Shown piece by piece: positions 57,823 to 64,000 of a stretch of 64,000 nt of DNA. The first letter of the stretch is position 1. The number at the start of each line of letters is the position of its first letter. This DNA is from Alphaproteobacteria bacterium (GTDB lineage: Bacteria; Pseudomonadota; Alphaproteobacteria; UBA6615). The position numbers and the translations under genes were made by a program. The DNA lies in assembly GCA_965261975.1 (NCBI GenBank), contig CBDHEC010000047.1, positions 1-64,000 on the forward strand. The letters are read 5' to 3'. The notes under the pieces are model-generated. The model did not search any database, was not told the DNA's origin, and saw only the letters and a list, made by a program, of their open reading frames with translations.

Positions 57823-59847
57823 CTACTCGGCGGGAGCCGGCATGGGCTGCGAGGGAGGGTCGGCAGGGGGCGCGTTCGCGGCGCGGCGCGGCGCACCGAC
57901 CCGATGTCGCCGGTCGCTCAACGACAGGAATCCACCGAACACCATCACGAGGGCGCCAAGCCATATCCAGGGGACGAGCGGGTTCACGAAGAATCGTATG
58001 GTCCAGGCATTGGCTGTTTCAGGGGTCCGGCCGCGTTCGCCAATGACGCCGTAGAGATCAGACAACAGGGTCGTCCGGATGCCGGCCTCGGTCGTCGTCT
58101 GGTTGGCGATCGGAAAGAAGCGGCGCTCCGTGGTCATCGTGGTTACTGGCTTGCCGTTTTCACGAATGAGCAAGGTACCGCGCTCGAAACGATAGTTCGG
58201 CCCTTGTCCTTCGGTGACGGATTCGAGGGTTACCGAGTAGCCCACTCCCTCGACCGTCTCTCCGGGTGACATCGTGGTGACGAGCTCGGCGCGCCAGGCC
58301 GATGAACCGGTGATCCCGACGATCATGATCGCCAAACCGAGATGCGCGAGGGTCATGCCGCTGGCGGACCGGGGCTGACCGGACAGGCGGCGCAGGGAAA
58401 CCGACGGTGAGGAGGAGAATAACTGAATGCGTCCGCCCCATTCGGCAATCGTGCCGGCACCGAGCCATGCGGCGAGCCCCATGGCGAAGGGGGCCAGTCC
58501 GGGGCCGTCGGGGACGGCCAGGAAGGTTACGCCGATCGCCAGAATCGCCGCGATGGCGGCCGGGACGAGTTTGCGCGATGCGGTGCGCAGGTTGCCACGC
58601 TTCCAGGCCATCAGCGGGCCCAGTGCGACCAGCAGGACAAGCGGCACCATGATCGGGCCGAAGGTGGCGTTGAAGAATGGCGGTCCGACCGACACCCGGG
58701 ACGCGCCACCCGACAGGGCTTCGAGGATCAGCGGGTAGAGGGTGCCGAGCAGGACCGTCGCGGCGGCGAGAGTCAGCAGCATGTTGTTGGCGACCAACGC
58801 GCCTTCGCGGCTGAAGGGCGCGAACAGGCCGCCGCCCTTCATGCCGGGTGCGCGCACCGCGAACAGGGTGAGCGCGCCGCCGACGGCAATCGCGAGGATG
58901 GCAAGAATGAAGACACCGCGCTCCGGGTCGGTTGCAAATGCATGCACCGATGTGAGTACGCCCGAACGCACGAGGAAGGTCCCCAGCAGGCTCATCGAGA
59001 ATGTGAGGATAGCCAACAGGATGGTCCAGCTCTTCAGCGCATCGCGTTTCTCGACCACGATGGAGGAGTGCAGCAGCGCGGTGCCGAACAGCCAGGGTAT
59101 GAAGCTGGCATTCTCGACCGGATCCCAGAACCACCAGCCGCCCCAGCCCAGTTCGTAGTAGGCCCACCAGCTGCCCAGCGCGATGCCGCCGGTCAGAAAG
59201 GTCCAGGCTGCGAGTGTCCAGGGGCGGACCCAACGGCCCCAGGCCGCATCCACGCGGCCCTCGATCAGGGCGGCGACGGCAAAGGAAAAGGCCATCGAGA
59301 AACCGACATAGCCGAGATAGAGAAGCGGCGGGTGGAAGGCCAGGCCGGGGTCCTGCAGCAAGGGGTTCAGCCCAGTGCCGTCGAAGGGCGCGGGGCTGAG
59401 CCGGGCAAACGGGTTGGACGTGAAGACAATGAAGGCCAGGAAGGCGAGGCCGATCATCCCCTGGATTGCGAGAACACGGGCCTTGAGGGTCGGGGGCAGA
59501 TTGCGTCCCCAGATCACAACCGCAGCACTGAACAGCGCCAGTACCAGGACCCAGAGCAGCATCGAGCCCTCATGGTTTCCCCAAACGCCGCTCACCTTGT
59601 AGAGCATCGGCTTGAGGGAGTGGCTGTTCTGGAACACGATCGATAGGGAGAAATCAGACGTGACGAAGCCGTGGGTCAGTGCCGCGAAAGCGATGAGCAA
59701 CGCGATGGCCTGGGCGATCGCCGTCCGATCGCCGACGGCCATCAGGCCTGTCTCGCCGCGTGCCGCGCCCCACAGGGGCACGATCGCCTGAACGCCGGCA
59801 AGCACCAGTGCTGCGATCAGGACATACTGGCCGATTTCGGCGATCAT
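57823..59847 (-). CDS. ccmF: Cytochrome c heme lyase CcmF
   Basis: WGNHEGS, HPP, WAYYELGWGGWWFWDPVENAS, SVHAF. Confidence 0.97.
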   Translation of the reverse strand: MIAEIGQYVLIAALVLAGVQAIVPLWGAARGETGLMAVGDRTAIAQAIALLIAFAALTHGFVTSDFSLSIVFQNSHSLKPMLYKVSGVWGNHEGSMLLWVLVLALFSAAVVIWGRNLPPTLKARVLAIQGMIGLAFLAFIVFTSNPFARLSPAPFDGTGLNPLLQDPGLAFHPPLLYLGYVGFSMAFSFAVAALIEGRVDAAWGRWVRPWTLAAWTFLTGGIALGSWWAYYELGWGGWWFWDPVENASFIPWLFGTALLHSSIVVEKRDALKSWTILLAILTFSMSLLGTFLVRSGVLTSVHAFATDPERGVFILAILAIAVGGALTLFAVRAPGMKGGGLFAPFSREGALVANNMLLTLAAATVLLGTLYPLILEALSGGASRVSVGPPFFNATFGPIMVPLVLLVALGPLMAWKRGNLRTASRKLVPAAIAAILAIGVTFLAVPDGPGLAPFAMGLAAWLGAGTIAEWGGRIQLFSSSPSVSLRRLSGQPRSASGMTLAHLGLAIMIVGITGSSAWRAELVTTMSPGETVEGVGYSVTLESVTEGQGPNYRFERGTLLIRENGKPVTTMTTERRFFPIANQTTTEAGIRTTLLSDLYGVIGERGRTPETANAWTIRFFVNPLVPWIWLGALVMVFGGFLSLSDRRHRVGAPRRAANAPPADPPSQPMPAPAE

Positions 59848-60287
59848 CGAGCGGCCTCGCCCTCGCGCCACTGTCCGCTTTCGCGCAACGCGTCGGCGAC
59901 CTCCTTCGGCATGTAGGTCTCGTCATGCTTGGCGAGTACCTCGCTGGCCGTGAAGCGCCCGTCGGCGCCCAGCGTGCCCTCGGCGACCACCCCCTGGCCT
60001 TCACGGAACAGGTCGGGGAGCACGCCCGTATAGCTTGCCGGGATCGTGCGGTTCAGGTCGGTAACGGTGAAGAAGGTGGTCGCACCTTCCGTGCGCACGC
60101 TGCCTTCCTCGACCAGCCCGCCGAGGCGGAACAGCTTCTCGGGCGGCGACGGCCGCTCGGCCAGATCGGACGGCGTATAGAAGAAGACGAGGCTGTCTTC
60201 GACGGCATTCAGGACCAGCGCCGCGGCGGATCCGAGCAGGCCGAGCAACACGGCGACGACCATCAGGCGGCGATGTTTGCGCTTCAC
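59844..60287 (-). CDS. ccmE: Heme chaperone CcmE
   Basis: LPDLFREGQG, LAKHDETY. Confidence 0.96.
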   Translation of the reverse strand: MKRKHRRLMVVAVLLGLLGSAAALVLNAVEDSLVFFYTPSDLAERPSPPEKLFRLGGLVEEGSVRTEGATTFFTVTDLNRTIPASYTGVLPDLFREGQGVVAEGTLGADGRFTASEVLAKHDETYMPKEVADALRESGQWREGEAAR

Positions 60288-60484
60288 GAGCTTGCTCCCG
60301 CGTCATCGCGCCGGCGTCGCCTCGGGGACGCCGCTTCGGCGGCCTGCACGGCGGCCTCGCTTTGGCGCAGCCGTCTCACGCTGGAGATCGCCATGGTGAC
60401 AAGAATCAGTGTCGCGATTCCCAGCGACGGCCAGACAAAGGCGGCGTAACCACCCATATTCAGAAATGCTGTGAAGTCTTCCAC
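60284..60484 (-). CDS. ccmD: Heme exporter protein CcmD
   Basis: FLNMGGYAAFVWPS, a TM helix and a basic tail; overlaps the ccmE start. Confidence 0.9.
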   Translation of the reverse strand: MEDFTAFLNMGGYAAFVWPSLGIATLILVTMAISSVRRLRQSEAAVQAAEAASPRRRRRDDAGASS

Positions 60485-60645
60485 GTTTCCGGAACCATCT
60501 CGGTCAAACGCGCGGCAAGACGCGGGGTTGCTAGAACCAGTCGAATATTATCCGTTCGGATTTAACGTCGCTTTCCAGTGTAACCCAATCCGTTCGCGTT
60601 CACATTCATGTGGGATCGATGGGTCGTGAGACCAATGGCCGCATG

Positions 60646-60679
60646 AAAAATCCGGCCCGTGGCGTCTCGTCGAGCCGGG
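60646..60679 (-). terminator. Rho-independent terminator after the cytochrome c gene
   Basis: Minus strand CCGGCTCG-N11-CGGGCCGG followed by ATTTTT. Confidence 0.6.
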
Positions 60680-61063
60680 CTATTGGGTCACGCTCTTGAG
60701 GTATGCGATCAAATCCGCACGTTGCTTCGGGTTTTTCAGGCCGGCAAAGCTCATCCGCGTTTTCGGTATGGCCTTGCGTGGGTTCTCAATGAACTCGGAG
60801 AGAGTTTCCTCGGTCCAGACGATCCCCGATTCTTTCATCGTTTTTGAGTACTTTTTGTAGCCGTTGTCGCGCTGAGCCGCAGTGCTTCCGAACAGGCCCC
60901 AAAGATTCGGGCCTGCTCCGTTCCGGCCGCCCTCGTTGACCGTGTGGCACGCCTTGCAGCGATTGAACAATTTCTTGCCCGCTGCGGCGTCCTGGGCATG
61001 AACGAGGGTCGGGGCAGCGACGGTGGTCAAGGTTAAAAAGGCAAATGCAACGAGAGTCTTCAC
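60680..61063 (-). CDS. Cytochrome c2-like class I soluble cytochrome c
   Basis: Signal peptide, CKACH, GPNLWG, axial Met in PKTRMSFAGLK. Confidence 0.95.
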   Translation of the reverse strand: MKTLVAFAFLTLTTVAAPTLVHAQDAAAGKKLFNRCKACHTVNEGGRNGAGPNLWGLFGSTAAQRDNGYKKYSKTMKESGIVWTEETLSEFIENPRKAIPKTRMSFAGLKNPKQRADLIAYLKSVTQ

Positions 61064-61130
61064 GATGGGAGTCTCTATTCGGTCGGATGATGGCCGGGGA
61101 ACGGCTTGGTCGATCTTAAGCTAGGCTTGA

Positions 61131-61156
61131 TACGAACGGCAACGCCGAATCGATCA
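61131..61156 (-). promoter_or_regulatory. Putative RpoE/ChrR-type promoter of the cytochrome c gene
   Basis: Minus strand reads TGATCG-N16-CGTA, in the gap between ccmC and the cytochrome gene. Confidence 0.55.
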
Positions 61157-61192
61157 ACTTCACGTGCGACTTATATGCACACGCAAATGCGG

Positions 61193-61918
61193 CTATTCGG
61201 CGGCGGAGAGTTGCAAGGCCCGGGCGCGCGCGGCATTCAGGTCGGCGCGCATGCGGATCAGCAGCATGGTGACGAAATAGGCCATGAAGGCGAGCCCCAT
61301 AAGCAACAACGGGGTCAGCATGGCCGGGTCGATCGCCGGTCGGTCGAGGCGCGTCAGGCTTGCGGGCTGGTGCAGGGTGTTCCACCAATCGACGGAAAAC
61401 TTGATGATCGGGATGTTGACGAAGCCGACCAGCGCCAGCACCGCGGCGGCCTTTGCACCGCGCTGCGGGTTGTCGAAGGCGTGGGTCAGCGCGATATGCC
61501 CGAGATAGAGAAAGAACAGCACCAGGACCGACGTTAAACGCGCGTCCCACACCCACCATGTGCCCCAGGTCGGTTTTCCCCACAGGCTGCCGGTCGCCAG
61601 TACGATCACGGTGAAACCCGCGCCCAGGGGGGCGGCCGACCGTGCGGCGATGTCCGCGAGCGGGTGTTTCCAGATCAGCGACGTCGCGCTCATCACGGCG
61701 ATGAATGTGTAGCAGCCCATGGCCATCCAGGCCGACGGGACGTGTACATACATGATCCGCACCGTCTCGCCCTGCTGGTAGTCGGCCGGCGAGGCGAACA
61801 GCGCGAAATAGATGCCGGCGACGAACAGCAGCCCGGTCAGTGCGGCCGACCAGGGCAACATCCGCGCAGCGATGCGCGAAAAGCGGGCCGGGTTTGCGAA
61901 GCGATGAAGCAATTTCAC
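61193..61918 (-). CDS. ccmC: Heme ABC exporter CcmC
   Basis: YVHVP, WGKPTWGTWWVWDARLTS, WWNTLHQ. Confidence 0.96.
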   Translation of the reverse strand: MKLLHRFANPARFSRIAARMLPWSAALTGLLFVAGIYFALFASPADYQQGETVRIMYVHVPSAWMAMGCYTFIAVMSATSLIWKHPLADIAARSAAPLGAGFTVIVLATGSLWGKPTWGTWWVWDARLTSVLVLFFLYLGHIALTHAFDNPQRGAKAAAVLALVGFVNIPIIKFSVDWWNTLHQPASLTRLDRPAIDPAMLTPLLLMGLAFMAYFVTMLLIRMRADLNAARARALQLSAAE

Positions 61919-61943
61919 GTCCGTTCTTGCAGCTGGTTTGAGT

Positions 61944-62609
61944 TTACTCGATTGCCTGCCTGAGGGCAGCCGCCGTCGCCCAGGGCGCAAGCGCCAGCGC
62001 GGCCAGCAGGAAACCACCGAGGATCATCAGTTGGGGTGTGATGTCACGCCCTGCAATGGCGCCGTCGATCGCACCAGCACCGAAGATAAGGACCGGAATG
62101 TAGAGCGGCAGCAGGAGCAGGGCGAGCAACACGCCGCCGCGCCGCGCGCCCAAGGTGAGGGCCGCGCCGATCGCGCCGACGAGACTGAGGGTCGGCGTGC
62201 CCAGCGCCATTGTCGCCACCAGCGGCAGATAGGCCGATGATGGCAGGTTGTAGAGCAGTGCCAGGACGGGTGACGCGATGAGGAGCAGCACGCCGCTGGT
62301 CAGCCAGTGGGCCAACGCTTTGGCCAGGGCGAGTTGGGCAAGAGAGACCGGCGACAGGTAAAGAAGGTCGAGGCTGCCGTCTTCATGATCCGCGGCGAAC
62401 ATGCGCTCGAGGGACAATAACGCAGCGAGGAGTGCCACCACCCAGATGATGCCGCCGCCGATGCGCGGCAGGATCGCGGCGTCGGGCCCGACGCCGAAGG
62501 GAAAAAGTACGGCGGCGAGCACGAAGAAGATGACGCCCATCATGGCGTCGGTCCCGCCGCGGAACGCGAGCCGCAGGTCGCGTCGGACCAGAAGGGAAAG
62601 CCCGATCAT
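61944..62609 (-). CDS. ccmB: Heme exporter CcmB
   Basis: RRDLRL, LFPFGVGP, DGSLD, LPLYIPVLIFG. Confidence 0.95.
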   Translation of the reverse strand: MIGLSLLVRRDLRLAFRGGTDAMMGVIFFVLAAVLFPFGVGPDAAILPRIGGGIIWVVALLAALLSLERMFAADHEDGSLDLLYLSPVSLAQLALAKALAHWLTSGVLLLIASPVLALLYNLPSSAYLPLVATMALGTPTLSLVGAIGAALTLGARRGGVLLALLLLPLYIPVLIFGAGAIDGAIAGRDITPQLMILGGFLLAALALAPWATAAALRQAIE

Positions 62610-63250
62610 GCGTCGAGCTCGCGCATGTCGTAACGATCGGCGTGTTCGTCGAGCAGTTCGTCGAGCCGGCCCCCATGGGTGGAGATGATCGCCACGCCTT
62701 CGTTGGACAGATGCGCCAGGATGGTGTTGGCCAGCATCGAGACCGCGCCCGGATCGAGCCCCGTCGCGGGTTCGTCGAGCAGCCAGAGTGTGGGCCCGGC
62801 CTGCGAGTTCTGGCCGAGGGCGAGGCGGGCAAGTGTTACCCGTCGGCGCTGACCCGCCGAGAGATAGCGTACCGGTATGTTTGCCAGAGGTTCGATGGCG
62901 AACTGAAACAGCGCGGGTTCGATGTCCGGGTCGAACCCGTAAAGCCTGGCCCAGAAGCTCAGATTCTCGGCCGCAGTGAGGGTAGGCTTCAGGGGGTCGG
63001 CATGGCCGATATAGGCAACGCGCGCGCGATGTCCGTCGCGGTCCTGCGCAATGTCGACACCTTCCCAGTCGATGCGACCCGCCGCGGTTGGCAACAATCC
63101 GGCCAGCACCCGGAGCAGGCTCGACTTGCCGCTGCCGTTCGGGCCCGACAACAGCATCGCGCGGCCGGGATTCAACGCGAGGTCCAGCCCGGCGAAAACC
63201 GCGCGCTCGCCGCGAATGCATCCAAGCTTGTGTGTGGTGAGACCTTGCAC
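62606..63250 (-). CDS. ccmA: Heme ABC exporter ATPase CcmA
   Basis: GPNGSGKS, LSAGQRRR, LWLLDEP. Confidence 0.95.
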   Translation of the reverse strand: MQGLTTHKLGCIRGERAVFAGLDLALNPGRAMLLSGPNGSGKSSLLRVLAGLLPTAAGRIDWEGVDIAQDRDGHRARVAYIGHADPLKPTLTAAENLSFWARLYGFDPDIEPALFQFAIEPLANIPVRYLSAGQRRRVTLARLALGQNSQAGPTLWLLDEPATGLDPGAVSMLANTILAHLSNEGVAIISTHGGRLDELLDEHADRYDMRELDA

Positions 63251-63392
63251 GTTTCCTCAATTTCCCGCGTCGCCAGGGCTGCGACGTTTCCCGGGCAGCG
63301 CGCGAACCTAGCAAAGTGAGCGCCGTCTGCCGAGCGTGCTTGTTGGGGTGCTTTCTCGGGAAGAACCGGGGTGCAAAAGCCGGAGACAAATA

Positions 63393-63515
63393 GAAAAAGG
63401 CCGCCGGTTGGGGGTTCCGGCGGCCTTTAAGGGCCTGGATCAGCGTCGACCCGAAGGGGATCGGGGCGACGCGTCGGAGGCAGACCGAATGCGTTGATGG
63501 GGGACGCTATCGGTC
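63393..63515 (-). ncRNA. Candidate 3'-UTR sRNA with three C-rich-loop hairpins, the last doubling as terminator
   Basis: Three stems with loops CCCCCAUCA, UCCCCU and AACCCCCAA directly after the DUF1127 stop. The last has a 12-bp stem and a U-tail. Confidence 0.5.
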
Positions 63516-63837
63516 AGACTTCAACATGGGGTGTCATGTTGGTGAGAGAAGGGTGGCATTGCGGCGGAATTGTGGTTTTTGCACGCGCCTGCAGTTGCGC
63601 CATATCCCGCGCGCGCGCGGCCCGGCTGACATTGTCGATCGTCGCATATGTCAGTCCGATATCCCGCAGAATGCGCGTGTCGAGTGCGTGCAGTTCCCGA
63701 CGCCATCGCGCATGCGCCCGATGGGTCAGCCAGAGGTCGTGCCGGTCTGCGATGAACCGGAAAAATGCGTTTGTGCGTGGCAGCGCCGAGCGGGGCGCTG
63801 GCCGCTGGCGACGTGGAGAAATGCGGGTCATATCCAT
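63514..63837 (-). CDS. DUF1127 domain protein
   Basis: RWRRELHALDTRILRDIGLT; AAGGAAGG RBS. Confidence 0.82.
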   Translation of the reverse strand: MDMTRISPRRQRPAPRSALPRTNAFFRFIADRHDLWLTHRAHARWRRELHALDTRILRDIGLTYATIDNVSRAARARDMAQLQARAKTTIPPQCHPSLTNMTPHVEV

Positions 63838-64000
63838 ATCCCGATCCTTCCTTTCTTGAGTTCCATGGGTTTCCACTCGGCTTGAATCTCTCGCGATGGT
63901 TTGGGTGCATGCACGCAGCAGCCGTCCCCTGCGCCGGCGCGTGTGCGCACGGTCGCCAGCAGGCGTCGAATGTGGTGCCCCATTCGGGTCATGTCCCTGA

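Noticed and set aside
1-64000. CRISPR arrays, IS elements, prophage genes, rRNA, riboswitches
   Set aside because: I saw no regularly spaced repeats, transposase, integrase or phage motifs, or recognisable riboswitch cores. A covariance-model scan was not possible, so weak RNA elements could have been missed.

Overview
A GC-rich chromosomal window from an alphaproteobacterium (Rhodospirillales-like, judged from gene content and synteny). It holds about 80 CDS and one tRNA-Ala(CGC). I found no rRNA, CRISPR array, integrase or transposase. Core genes include rlmN, argG, folD, yggT, scoAB, ybbPA/tesA, thpR, cobB, a DEAD-box helicase and a complete ccmABC-DEFGHI cluster. They are interleaved with many catabolic oxidoreductases (4 luciferase-like monooxygenases, 4 SDRs, an OYE, crotonases, a GST) and 5 EamA/DMT transporters. 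The strongest signals are: (1) a 4.3 kb islet just downstream of tRNA-Ala, bounded by a 12-bp direct repeat of the tRNA 3' end, carrying CIA30, DUF393, pseudoazurin, an LLM, DUF3429, DUF2256 and DUF427, with TGATCC-N16-CGTA-type (RpoE/ChrR, singlet-oxygen ECF sigma) promoter motifs; (2) a cytochrome c2-like gene with the same promoter type and its own terminator lying between ccmC and ccmD; (3) a truncated-globin/adenylate-cyclase operon with a frameshift in a G run and an apparent in-frame deletion; (4) a triple-hairpin sRNA candidate with C-rich loops downstream of a DUF1127 gene; (5) an orphan ParA-RHH-PAS operon, a GST-kappa/hot-dog fusion and a CDP-alcohol phosphotransferase that has lost its catalytic aspartates. 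All family calls come from recognising motifs by eye; no searches were run.
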